Assembly (NCBI GenBank): GCA_036677065.1
Contig: JAKFBS010000001.1
Coordinates: 732,336 to 796,335, forward strand
Source of the DNA: Bdellovibrio sp.
GTDB lineage: Bacteria > Bdellovibrionota > Bdellovibrionia > Bdellovibrionales > Bdellovibrionaceae
DNA length: 64,000 nt
Direction: 5' to 3'
Shown: positions 20,196-29,197 of the stretch, in pieces
How the letters are laid out: each line of letters begins with the position of its first letter
How positions within the stretch are numbered: the stretch's first letter is position 1
Notes under the pieces: generated by a model
The model's input: the letters and a program-made list of their open reading frames with translations, nothing else
Told to the model about the DNA's origin: nothing
The model's database searches: none
Translations under genes and position numbers: made by a program

Positions 20196-20451
20196 GTTGA
20201 TTTAATGCGTTTGTAGCAAGCTCCCAAAAGTTTTCTTTTAATACGATCTCTTTAGCATTGTATTTCAATTTTGGAAAAGTTGCGGCATAAAAATGATTAC
20301 AGAAATCATTTTCGTTGGTGCGGGCAAATTTCATTAACATATTAAAGTGAACATCAGTGAAAGGTCCTGAAATTAACATTTTACGTAATGCACCCTCGGG
20401 GGTATTAATTAAAAAGCTGTGTAATAAGCCGCCGTCGTAAATCATGCTCAT
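20158..20451 (-). CDS. Hypothetical protein (first gene of a sigma28-like operon)
   Basis: 97 aa, AAGGAG RBS, sigma28-like promoter upstream. Confidence 0.75.
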   Translation of the reverse strand: MSMIYDGGLLHSFLINTPEGALRKMLISGPFTDVHFNMLMKFARTNENDFCNHFYAATFPKLKYNAKEIVLKENFWELATNALNQHGLLSPAQKVAA

Positions 20452-20480
20452 GGAAGATCTCCTTGTTAAATCTAGATAAA

Positions 20481-20508
20481 CTATCGGCCTAAAGTCGGGG
20501 TGAATTGA
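20481..20508 (-). promoter_or_regulatory. Sigma28 (FliA)-like promoter
   Basis: Minus strand TCAA-N16-GCCGATAG. Confidence 0.7.
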
Positions 20509-20688
20509 GTTATATTTTAAATTCAGTTTAATTGAGGCCTATCAAGCACTTAGACCGTCTCAAAAAGTGACAATACCCGTAACACTAGTGAACTTTCTTC
20601 ATGAAACCTCCCTGTAAGAAACACAATTTTTGAGAGTGAAACAGGGGTTGTTTTCCTTTAGGCCATGCTTAGTGTAAAAGCTTAGCCT

Positions 20689-22167
20689 ATGGCAACAGAC
20701 AATCAAAATACCGGTGTAAATAACGAGGGCCTCGTAGGTCCGCATATCGAGATCGAAAACCGCTCACAAGAACTTCACCGTGAACTGAGTTTAAGCGAAA
20801 TCACAACCATTGCTCTTCGCAATTGGCCGCTATTTTTAGTGCTATTTGTTGTAACGACGGCAGTAGGGCTTTCTTTCTACAAATGGAAAAACCCGTATGT
20901 TGCTAAAACCACAATCATCATCAATGACAATCAAAATTCACAGTTACAATCTTTCAGCATGGCTTTAGCGGGTAATGCTAAGACCAACGAAGCTAAAAAA
21001 GCCAATTCAATGGCACAAAAAAATCTAGAGTATTTCAAAACGACTGATTTCTTACAAAAAGTTTTAAACGCAGCTAATAACCCTCTTTTGAACACTGAAT
21101 TAACTCTTTCTGAAAAAGCTGGGCAAAATATTTTTTTCAAACAGGTTTTGAACGATAAAACAGCTTTAACTGAAGATGAAAAATTAAAAGCTTACCAAAA
21201 ATTAGATAAAATGCTTTCAATCAAAGTTAAAAGTGATTTCGAAGTTGAAATCGCTGCGGCTAATGACCAGCAAGAGCTGGCGTTGTACGTTTCAAATTTA
21301 ACGACGAGTGTTGCTTTTGAAAGTTTAAAACAAAGAGACGCTTTCGAGATTCAAGAAATCAATGACTACGTCACTAAAGAAAAAGCCGCAGTTGATCTTG
21401 AGTTGGCAGATTTAAATGCCAAGATGGCAAAATTCAGTGCCCGACCAGAAAATTTAATCGCGACGACTTCGATTGATAGTATCGGGCAATACTTATCGAC
21501 ATTGAAATTTCAAAAAAATGAGATCTCAATGAAGCTTGCTGAAAATAATAAATTAATCCAAACACTAAGCTCTGGTATGGATCAGCGCCGTGAAAGTCAG
21601 CTGTATGGCAACAACGGCCGTATTCAGGCTTTAAAGATGGAGAATGAACAATTGCGCTCTAAGCTTGGCAATTTACAAGCGGCCTTTGATCGTACTTCAA
21701 GTGAAGCTAAAGGCATGCCTTACGCAGCGCAAATGTATGAAGAGCTAAAAAAGCGCTCTGAGATGCAATTAGAAAAATACAAAGCTCTATCAGCTGATAT
21801 TTCTAAAGTTGAAGCGCTAAAAATCGCAGCAGCCAACAAATATGAAATCTTTGAAAAAGCCCGTATAGATAAAGTTGTGCCTGCGGTTTCAATGACGATT
21901 ATTCTATTTTTATCAGTTCTTATTTCGCAAGTCTTAGGAAGTTTAATTATTTACTTACGTGCGATCTGGAATTCAAACATCGTAACAGCAGAATCAACTC
22001 GCAATGTTGTGGTGCTTGATAGCCATTCTTTAGATCCACGCGTGATTATCGAAAATTCAAAAATCCGTTTCAGATTACGTCATTCGACCATCGAAGATGC
22101 TGATCAAGAAAATGGCCAGACTAAAAAGCTAGGTTTTAATTTTAAATCTAAAGATCAAAACGGGTAG
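20689..22167 (+). CDS. Wzz/GumC-like polysaccharide co-polymerase (no kinase domain)
   Basis: ELSLSEI..LRNWPLF + TM + PYVAKTTIII, long periplasmic coiled coil, second TM near C-terminus. Confidence 0.7.
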   Translation: MATDNQNTGVNNEGLVGPHIEIENRSQELHRELSLSEITTIALRNWPLFLVLFVVTTAVGLSFYKWKNPYVAKTTIIINDNQNSQLQSFSMALAGNAKTNEAKKANSMAQKNLEYFKTTDFLQKVLNAANNPLLNTELTLSEKAGQNIFFKQVLNDKTALTEDEKLKAYQKLDKMLSIKVKSDFEVEIAAANDQQELALYVSNLTTSVAFESLKQRDAFEIQEINDYVTKEKAAVDLELADLNAKMAKFSARPENLIATTSIDSIGQYLSTLKFQKNEISMKLAENNKLIQTLSSGMDQRRESQLYGNNGRIQALKMENEQLRSKLGNLQAAFDRTSSEAKGMPYAAQMYEELKKRSEMQLEKYKALSADISKVEALKIAAANKYEIFEKARIDKVVPAVSMTIILFLSVLISQVLGSLIIYLRAIWNSNIVTAESTRNVVVLDSHSLDPRVIIENSKIRFRLRHSTIEDADQENGQTKKLGFNFKSKDQNG

Positions 22168-22179
22168 TCAAAAAATAAA

Positions 22180-22614
22180 ATGGCTTATGTAGATAAAGAC
22201 CGCCCGTCCACCTGGAAAAAATACGATAAAGACTTTTGTGTTTCATGCAGAGCCAATTGCTGCTGCATGCCCGTAGAAGTTAAAGTCGATGATTTAATTA
22301 GACTTGGTGTGACCGATATCGACGAAGTCACAAACTCAATCAAAAAAACTGCCAAGCGCCTTAAAAAAGAAGGCATTATCATGAGCTACCGCGAAGGCAC
22401 TGAGTTCTTCATGCTGCAGCAGAAAGCTAACAGCGAATGTATCTTTATGGATTCAAAAACTCGCTTTTGCACGGTGTACGAGAAGCGTCCAGAAACCTGC
22501 CGTGATTTCCCCGCTAAAATGGGAACGCGTGTGGGTTATTGTCCGGCCGAGGTAAACGCGCGCCCGACGCCAATCGAAGCGCGCGCTGGGAGAATTATTT
22601 TACGTATTCAATAA
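22180..22614 (+). CDS. YkgJ-family cysteine-cluster protein
   Basis: CVSCRANCC, CIFMD..FCTVYEKRPETCRDFP. Confidence 0.88.
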   Translation: MAYVDKDRPSTWKKYDKDFCVSCRANCCCMPVEVKVDDLIRLGVTDIDEVTNSIKKTAKRLKKEGIIMSYREGTEFFMLQQKANSECIFMDSKTRFCTVYEKRPETCRDFPAKMGTRVGYCPAEVNARPTPIEARAGRIILRIQ

Positions 22615-23236
22615 GTGCGTTGTTATCAAAACGCACTTTCTTCATCGCTTGAAATCCATCTTCAGCGTGGCGATAACCCAAAGCCACAGACACAACCGAT
22701 TTCCAGCCCGTACCTTCAAGACCTAAAATTTTATCGTAGGCCTCGGGGTCAAAACCTTCCATCGGTGTGGCATCGACTTTCAACAATGCCGCAGTTTCTA
22801 AGACGAATCCTAAAGCAATGTAAGTTTGGCGTTTAGCCCATTGACGTGTTTTTTCTTCTGGAGCTTTGACGATATTTTCAATCATCATATTTTTATACCC
22901 ATCTAAAGCTTCAAGCGGAGCTCCACGCACTTCGGCAACACGCTCAACATATTTTTGAATGAACTTTTCATCGACCGAGTCTTTGGCTAAAAAGACAACA
23001 TAGTGACTGGCTTCTGTGACTTGAGTTTGTCCCCAAGAGACCGGTTTTAGTTTTTCTCGGACTTCGGGGTTTTCGATCACTAGAAATTTCCAAGGCTGTA
23101 GTCCATACGAGGAAGGGGCAAGGGCTAAAGATTCGGTTAATGTTTTCCAGTCTTGCGTAGAAATTTTTTTATTAGCATCGTATTTTTTCGTAGCATAGCG
23201 CCATTCTAAGGCTTCTTGGATCGTTGAGTGTTGCAT
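22595..23236 (-). CDS. NAD(P)H-dependent nitroreductase (NfsB-like)
   Basis: WRYATKKYD, LAPSSYGLQPWKF, DATPMEGFD, ALGYR. Start moved to 23236 behind AGGAG. Confidence 0.93.
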   Translation of the reverse strand: MQHSTIQEALEWRYATKKYDANKKISTQDWKTLTESLALAPSSYGLQPWKFLVIENPEVREKLKPVSWGQTQVTEASHYVVFLAKDSVDEKFIQKYVERVAEVRGAPLEALDGYKNMMIENIVKAPEEKTRQWAKRQTYIALGFVLETAALLKVDATPMEGFDPEAYDKILGLEGTGWKSVVSVALGYRHAEDGFQAMKKVRFDNNALIEYVK

Positions 23237-23263
23237 GTTTGGAACTCCTGTTAAGATTTTAAA

Positions 23264-23324
23264 TGTAACTGTTATGGTTACAATATGAACGTGGTTAGGT
23301 TTAAATGCAACAATAAAAGTTACA
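23264..23324. promoter_or_regulatory. Two Rrf2-type operators
   Basis: TGTAAC-N7-GTTACA (23264-23282) and TGCAAC-N7-GTTACA (23306-23324) between divergent nitroreductase and Rrf2 genes. Confidence 0.8.
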
Positions 23325-23411
23325 TTAAACATTTTGCCTGTAAAAACGTCTTAAAACGCGTTAAATGTGCTTATTATTGTTTCTTTTTGGGTTTTGGGTT
23401 ATTCTTTTTAC

Positions 23412-23822
23412 ATGTTAGATCAACGCTTCGCCGCTTCGGTGCATATTATGACTTTGTTAGCTGCTCATACAGAAGAGCTGCAGACGTCTGATGTTTTAGC
23501 TGGATACATTCGTACAAACCCCACTGTGGTTCGTCGTTTATTATCTAAAATGGTAGAGGCGAAATTGATTGATTCTTTCAAAGGTAAATCGGGTGGAGTT
23601 CGCTTAGCTAAAACCCCGAATCAAATTACTCTTAAAGATATTTACAAAGCAGTAAGTGATGATAAAAATTTATTAAACTGCCGTGATGTTGAAGCGCCGA
23701 AAGCCTGTAAGGTGAGTTGCTCGATGAAAGAAATTTTCGAAGGTGTGGCCAGCGGTCTAGAAGCCAATTCTATGGCTTATCTGGCAAAAATTAAGCTCTC
23801 TGATATTCTTGCTAAAGTTTAA
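23412..23822 (+). CDS. Rrf2-family transcriptional regulator (YwnA/HypR-like)
   Basis: RFAASVHIM, TNPTVVRR, KGKSGGVRLAK..ITLKDIY. Confidence 0.92.
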   Translation: MLDQRFAASVHIMTLLAAHTEELQTSDVLAGYIRTNPTVVRRLLSKMVEAKLIDSFKGKSGGVRLAKTPNQITLKDIYKAVSDDKNLLNCRDVEAPKACKVSCSMKEIFEGVASGLEANSMAYLAKIKLSDILAKV

Positions 23823-24304
23823 CCTTTTTTTAAAAAATCAAAATCACGATCTAAAACTGTTTTACGCCCATCAGCACGTGCTTGATCTATAGCGCGATCG
23901 CATAGAATACGTATGTGATCAGATAAAACATCCATAACTGATGCCGAAGTATTAAATTCAGAACGAGCCTGGATATATTCTTTAAGTCGAGAGGCAATAA
24001 TTAAAACTTCTTGCGGAGTTTGTGATTTATTTGCAGAACCAACAGCTGAACCAGGAGCTGGCGGACGAACTAAAACTCTTGAGGGGGCATCAGCAGATTT
24101 GGGAGCCATTTTCTCAATCGCACCAGCATCGCGGTGTCTGGCCCCAGGTAAATGGGCATCAAAACAAGGAACACTACAAAAGGCAAAACCCGTACGTTCT
24201 CCGGTGCAGGTTGAAACACTACACACATAATATCGAACACCGAATGAAATATTTTTTTTACAGATCGTGCACTTTTTCCAAGTTGTTGTGTCAGTGGTGT
24301 TCAT
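23819..24304 (-). CDS. Bacterial histone-fold protein with N-terminal ZZ-like zinc finger
   Basis: C-terminal EVLIIASRLKEYI..NTSASVMDVLS..LCDRAIDQARADGRKTVLDRDF has the histone RKTVxxxD signature. N-terminal C-x2-C-x12-C-x4-C-x9-C-x3-C-x3-H-x5-H. Confidence 0.88.
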   Translation of the reverse strand: MNTTDTTTWKKCTICKKNISFGVRYYVCSVSTCTGERTGFAFCSVPCFDAHLPGARHRDAGAIEKMAPKSADAPSRVLVRPPAPGSAVGSANKSQTPQEVLIIASRLKEYIQARSEFNTSASVMDVLSDHIRILCDRAIDQARADGRKTVLDRDFDFLKKG

Positions 24305-24322
24305 TCTCAAAGGATATCCAGC

Positions 24323-24337
24323 GTCTCACTCTGAGAC
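24323..24337. promoter_or_regulatory. Palindromic putative regulator site upstream of the histone gene
   Basis: GTCTCA-ctc-TGAGAC perfect 6-3-6 palindrome just upstream of a TATCCT -10 element. Confidence 0.55.
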
Positions 24338-24489
24338 AACTGTAAAATCACTCTACATAAGTGCATACCCAAAAACGTCATTTGCACTCTGTGTCTAAGA
24401 ATGACATGCCTATGGCCATCCTATGCGCCTAGAGCGTGCCAACTTGGTTTCATAACTGCATTACTAATTCGTATAACGAAGGAGCAATT

Positions 24490-25596
24490 ATGAACTTATC
24501 ATTCACAAAACAAGAAAAGCTGGCTTTAGCAGGTTTACTGGTTTGCTGTATTGGTCTTGCTTCTTTCATCACTAACTTTCAAATCGTTTCAAAAACCTCT
24601 GAAGTCGTTGAATCGGTCATCAATTACAAAATGGGTAAAGCAACTGAAGAGATTTCTAAGTACTCTTTAGAGGGTCGTGAAATCGATCGCACCGTGATTA
24701 AAGCTGAAGAAGGTTTCGTAGCTAAAGTGGCGCGTAAGATTTCTCAGGTTATCGCTAAAGTAACGACTAAAAAAGACGCTAAAAAAACTGATGCTAAAAA
24801 AGCTACTGTTGCAGCTAAGAAATTGCCTAACCGTGACTTTGCTAAAGTAGCACCAGCGGCTCCTAAAGTAAGACAAGCGGCTCCTGTTGAAGATGAATCT
24901 GAAGTTGCTGTTGATAACTTTAATAACTCTGGCTACAGCGTTGGAACTCCGACACAGGCACAAACTGAAACTCAACCTACAGCTGAAACTCCTAAAAAAG
25001 TTAAAAAAACTTTAGCGCAAATCAAAGCTGAATTTATGGCGGCTCCATCTAAAGAAGCCATGATGGCTTTAGTGGCTTCATACAAGAAAAATGAAGTTAA
25101 CGCTGCTGACTTTTACCAATTTCAATCTGAGTTATTAGAATCACAAAATGAATCATTAGTAGGATTCGCATTGTACGGTATGCGCTTAACTCCATCGATT
25201 GAAAGTTTCAGCATGATGACTCAATATCAACCATCTGCAGCTCCTGCTTATCAAACTTATATCGATGAAGCTTTGCTAAGCTATAACCAAACTTCTCAAA
25301 TCCCTGTTTTAAAAACAGTGATTGGTTCTAGTGATAAAGTGGTTGTAATGAAAGCTTTAAAAGTAGTTGAAGCAGGTATCAACAGCATCAAAAACGGTAC
25401 AGTATCACAATTAGTTGATAGTCGTGGTCGTCGTGAATCAACATTCTCTAACTTTAGCCTACAAAGTTACTTAACGTTATTACCAGTGATCACTCAAGCT
25501 TTAGCAAATTCACAGGATAACGAATTGTCAGCTTCTTTAGAATTGATTAAGAACTTAATCAACGACAACAACACACAAGTTGCTTCTAATCCCTAA
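24490..25596 (+). CDS. Hypothetical membrane-anchored protein
   Basis: AAGGAG RBS, N-terminal TM, K/A/P/T-rich linker, C-terminal alpha-helical (HEAT-like) region. Confidence 0.75.
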   Translation: MNLSFTKQEKLALAGLLVCCIGLASFITNFQIVSKTSEVVESVINYKMGKATEEISKYSLEGREIDRTVIKAEEGFVAKVARKISQVIAKVTTKKDAKKTDAKKATVAAKKLPNRDFAKVAPAAPKVRQAAPVEDESEVAVDNFNNSGYSVGTPTQAQTETQPTAETPKKVKKTLAQIKAEFMAAPSKEAMMALVASYKKNEVNAADFYQFQSELLESQNESLVGFALYGMRLTPSIESFSMMTQYQPSAAPAYQTYIDEALLSYNQTSQIPVLKTVIGSSDKVVVMKALKVVEAGINSIKNGTVSQLVDSRGRRESTFSNFSLQSYLTLLPVITQALANSQDNELSASLELIKNLINDNNTQVASNP

Positions 25597-26069
25597 GTCT
25601 TAGATTTAGCGATGATGTTGGTGGTAGATTTACCATCAACGAATTGCAAAGATTTAACTTCGCCACCGTAGCTTTCAACAAAATCCCAACCCACGATTTG
25701 ATCTTTCTTCCAATCGCCACCTTTGACTAAAATATCAGGCTTAACTTTTTTGATCAGATTGATCGGTGTTTCTTCACCAAATAATACCGTGTGATCGACG
25801 GCTTTTAATGAAGCTAAGATTTCGGCGCGGTCGTTTTCGTTTTGAATTGGGCGGGTAGGGCCTTTTAAAACTTGCACCGAGGCATCCGTGTTGATACCTA
25901 CGATTAAAACATCACCTAATGATTTGGCTTGTTCTAAATAACGAACATGGCCGATGTGTAATAAATCAAAACAGCCATTGGTAAAAACGATTTTTTTGTT
26001 AGCTTTTTTTAAGTCCGCGATGGCCTGTTCAAGAGTTTGACCTGAAAGTACTTTGGGTAACGCGGACAT
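25593..26069 (-). CDS. rfaE2: D-glycero-beta-D-manno-heptose 1-phosphate adenylyltransferase
   Basis: [40 protein letters not shown]. Confidence 0.92.
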   Translation of the reverse strand: MSALPKVLSGQTLEQAIADLKKANKKIVFTNGCFDLLHIGHVRYLEQAKSLGDVLIVGINTDASVQVLKGPTRPIQNENDRAEILASLKAVDHTVLFGEETPINLIKKVKPDILVKGGDWKKDQIVGWDFVESYGGEVKSLQFVDGKSTTNIIAKSKT

Positions 26070-26074
26070 TTGAT

Positions 26075-26920
26075 TTAAGTTTTCTGTCTTTGAATTTGAG
26101 TGCCGGTAACAGCAGCTAAAACATCAAAACGAACGATAAGAGAAATAATAGTCATTAATACAAAACCTGTAGCTACGTTAATCACTGAACGGGCAGCTAC
26201 ACGTAAAACGTATGTAGAACTAGCTTGTTGTAATTCGTTACCACAACGTTGATCAAATGCCCATTCGCCTGGTGTGCAGCCTAAGAACGCACGACAAGAA
26301 ACGAAGTAAATAATTTGAACCGCGCCTAATAAACTAATGGTTGCCCAGTAAATTAAATACTGAGGGTCTGGTTGAGAAAGGTTTGCAATAAGATCCACTT
26401 TAGTGATCGCAAGCATCGCAATCAAACTTAATAAAAAGAACGCCGAAATCAACATTGTATCCAAGAAACCTGCAGAAACTGAAGGAATAGCCGCTTTCCA
26501 TTCAGGGCGACGCGTGTTGCGTGCTAGAGCTTCTTCTTGTTGTTTCTTTTGATTTAAATTTTTTAAAATTTCATTCACTGCAGTTTGTGCTTTAGTGATT
26601 GAATCATCTTCAATCGTTGGCACATGAATCGATTTACGTTGCTGAGGCGCATTTGGAGACGTGTGAGTTTGAGTTGCGCGCGGCAAAGGAGAATTTAAAT
26701 TAAAACCTAGCGGGGCCGCCGAGGCTGGAGTCGTTGTCGTCGCTGCAGCTGCCGCAGTATCAAACGTTAAATGAGAACTTTTGAATTCCACTTTTGGTGT
26801 CATCGTTTGAGTTTGATTTTTTGATGTCGTTGAATCTTTATGAAAACCTAAGCCTGCTGTTAACGGCTTAAATTCAAATTCATCGAATGGGTCATTTGCA
26901 GTATCAGTCTTCTTTGACAT
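26075..26920 (-). CDS. RDD-family membrane protein with disordered N-terminus
   Basis: AGFLD, TM helices, GCTPGEW motif. Confidence 0.75.
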   Translation of the reverse strand: MSKKTDTANDPFDEFEFKPLTAGLGFHKDSTTSKNQTQTMTPKVEFKSSHLTFDTAAAAATTTTPASAAPLGFNLNSPLPRATQTHTSPNAPQQRKSIHVPTIEDDSITKAQTAVNEILKNLNQKKQQEEALARNTRRPEWKAAIPSVSAGFLDTMLISAFFLLSLIAMLAITKVDLIANLSQPDPQYLIYWATISLLGAVQIIYFVSCRAFLGCTPGEWAFDQRCGNELQQASSTYVLRVAARSVINVATGFVLMTIISLIVRFDVLAAVTGTQIQRQKT

Positions 26921-26948
26921 AAAGTTTCTCTCTCCGTGTCGCAGCTGA

Positions 26949-27722
26949 TTACTTCATCAGCCCGAATTCATACTTTAGGACAGCGACCAAGGTCAGGCAA
27001 GCCGTTTCCACTCGTAAAATTTGTGTTCCTAGGGTCACTGGATGAAGGCCCAGTTTGTGCATTTGTTCGGCCTCGGTTGTGGAAAAACCACCTTCTGACC
27101 CCACTATAATCCAAATATTTTCAGGTAATGGGCTATTAGGTGACAGATATTGTTCCCGTAACGTTTTTATTTCATCAGCAATAGGTTTAATTGACTGACC
27201 CTCATATGCAAAAAGACACCAATTTTGGGCGTTTGGGTTAATCGTTTGCAGCATATTCTGCCAGTTGGTGACTTCGTGGATTTTCATTAATTCGCCACGG
27301 CCGCACTGTTGGGTCGCCGAAACGATGATTTTTTGCCAGCGTTCTTGTTTACCGGCAGGCAGTTCTTTTTCTTTACGAATAAAACTGTATTGCGAAACGA
27401 AAGGTAAAATTGAACTCACACCCATTTCGGTCGCGCGTTCAATTGTTGAATCCATCACATTGTATCTTGGAATAGATAAGGCCACATGAATATGTGGCTT
27501 CGGTAACGCTTTGATAATGCGCTCTTCAACAATTTCAGCTATCGCATCTTTTTTAGTTACAGATTTAACTTCAACTAAGAAAGCTTTTGAATCTTCAGTG
27601 ATCACTTCGAAGTGATGACCGACTTCTTGTCGGCACACATCAAAGATATGATGGTGCTGATCACCCTTAAAAGTGACTTGGTTGTTATAAATTTGATTTT
27701 TTTCAATCCAATAACGACGCAT
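26949..27722 (-). CDS. rsmE: 16S rRNA (uracil1498-N3)-methyltransferase
   Basis: ATEMGV, QQCGR, IVGSEGGF, LGTQILRVETA. Confidence 0.95.
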   Translation of the reverse strand: MRRYWIEKNQIYNNQVTFKGDQHHHIFDVCRQEVGHHFEVITEDSKAFLVEVKSVTKKDAIAEIVEERIIKALPKPHIHVALSIPRYNVMDSTIERATEMGVSSILPFVSQYSFIRKEKELPAGKQERWQKIIVSATQQCGRGELMKIHEVTNWQNMLQTINPNAQNWCLFAYEGQSIKPIADEIKTLREQYLSPNSPLPENIWIIVGSEGGFSTTEAEQMHKLGLHPVTLGTQILRVETACLTLVAVLKYEFGLMK

Positions 27723-27725
27723 GAA

Positions 27726-28634
27726 TTAATCGATTCTTTGCACCCAGTAACCAACCCATTCATCTTTTTGAATACGTTTAATTACTTTAATTTCAGGCGT
27801 AGCTTCAATAAATTTCTCAAAAAATAAATTATCACGCTCTTGTAAGACACCAGTTAAGAATAAATATCCACCAGGTCTTACCGTGCGGATTAAATCTTTA
27901 CGTAATTTAATTAACACGCCATCAATGATGTTGGCGATAACCACATCAAATTGTTCGCGCACTTCTTCTAACAACTGATCAGTGACCATGACATTTTTAG
28001 TTTCATTAAGTTCTAAATTTTCGCGGGCTTTTCTGCGGGCTTCAGGATCAATTTCGATTCCGGTAATCATCCCGTAACCAACGCGTTCTGCAAGAACGGC
28101 TAAGATCGCAGTACCAGTTCCGACATCAAGGACAGTCCAATTTTTTACTTTATCAGGATTTTCTTGCGCCAGCTTGTGAACAAAATAAGAAGCCATCTTA
28201 GTTGTTGCGTGAGTGCCAGTGCCAAACGCCATGCCTGGATCAATACGAACTTGTAATTGGGCTTCAGGTGGTTTTTCTAACCAAGAGGGAACAACCCAAA
28301 CAGGACCTACAAGTTTAAAAGGAACAAATCCCTTTTTCCACTCTTCTAACCAATCTTTTTGATCTTCAGTGATGGTCTCGATTTGGATTAAAGGGTTTAA
28401 GTCTTTAACGCTATCAAAGAATTTTTGTTCTGGATTTGCTTCAAAGAAAACATCTACATCTAAAAAACGTTTCGGAATTAACGACGGGTCGTACGTTAAA
28501 TCAGGTTGAGTAAAACTCAAGGCTTCAGAAAGACCTAAAGCGCCATTGCCAAAGGCAATAACAGATAGTTCATCTTCTTGCGAACGTGGGATATTTGTAA
28601 GGCGGATTCGGTAGTATTGAGCAGTCTCTGACAT
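27726..28634 (-). CDS. prmA: Ribosomal protein L11 methyltransferase
   Basis: DWLEEWKK, IDPGMAFGTGTHATT, LDVGTGTAIL, VIANI. Confidence 0.95.
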   Translation of the reverse strand: MSETAQYYRIRLTNIPRSQEDELSVIAFGNGALGLSEALSFTQPDLTYDPSLIPKRFLDVDVFFEANPEQKFFDSVKDLNPLIQIETITEDQKDWLEEWKKGFVPFKLVGPVWVVPSWLEKPPEAQLQVRIDPGMAFGTGTHATTKMASYFVHKLAQENPDKVKNWTVLDVGTGTAILAVLAERVGYGMITGIEIDPEARRKARENLELNETKNVMVTDQLLEEVREQFDVVIANIIDGVLIKLRKDLIRTVRPGGYLFLTGVLQERDNLFFEKFIEATPEIKVIKRIQKDEWVGYWVQRID

Positions 28635-28671
28635 AGGCGGCTAATGTGCCACGGGCAGAGGTAAAAGGTCA

Positions 28672-29100
28672 CTATTTTTTCTTATTATCGATGAAGCTTC
28701 CGTCAGTGTCGATCTGGTCGCCGATCATAATGCCAGTTTGCTCAAGCATTGGGTGATCTTCACGAGGGGTAAGCTCAAATAAACGGGCAACGGCTACGCC
28801 ACCATCAACTTGAATAATTTTCAATAAGCCCACAGTAGTTTTAAAAGTGCCAATGACCTTTTGGCCTTGGTTTTTTACCGTGATCTTGCGGGTCGCCTTA
28901 ACAATAAGGTTCTTTTTTAAAGACGAGTTTTCAGCAGCGTTGAGATAGAAATCTTTATATACCGGATCTGTATCAGCCATTTGGATATTTCGTCTGACAT
29001 CAATGACTTCAATTCCTGAAGACGCCAACACGCGCGAAAAAAGCACGCTTGAAAGAACATATAAAACAGCAAATAAATTTAAAATTTGTATCTTACGCAT
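28672..29100 (-). CDS. Hypothetical secreted protein
   Basis: Signal peptide, beta-rich body, sigma28-like -10 just upstream. Confidence 0.7.
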   Translation of the reverse strand: MRKIQILNLFAVLYVLSSVLFSRVLASSGIEVIDVRRNIQMADTDPVYKDFYLNAAENSSLKKNLIVKATRKITVKNQGQKVIGTFKTTVGLLKIIQVDGGVAVARLFELTPREDHPMLEQTGIMIGDQIDTDGSFIDNKKK

Positions 29101-29197
29101 GCTAACTGTATCGGATTGATTCAGTCAAAACTGTGCAGGACCTTAGGTTTATTAAAGTCCAGTTAATGACACATCCTCACTATGACGATAGGTCAAT

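Noticed and set aside
29163..29191. TTAA-N17-GACGATAG sigma28-like site before the hydrolase; also GCCGATCC at 59321 before phoD
   Set aside because: Spacing or -35/-10 match is weaker than the accepted sites, so not listed as features.
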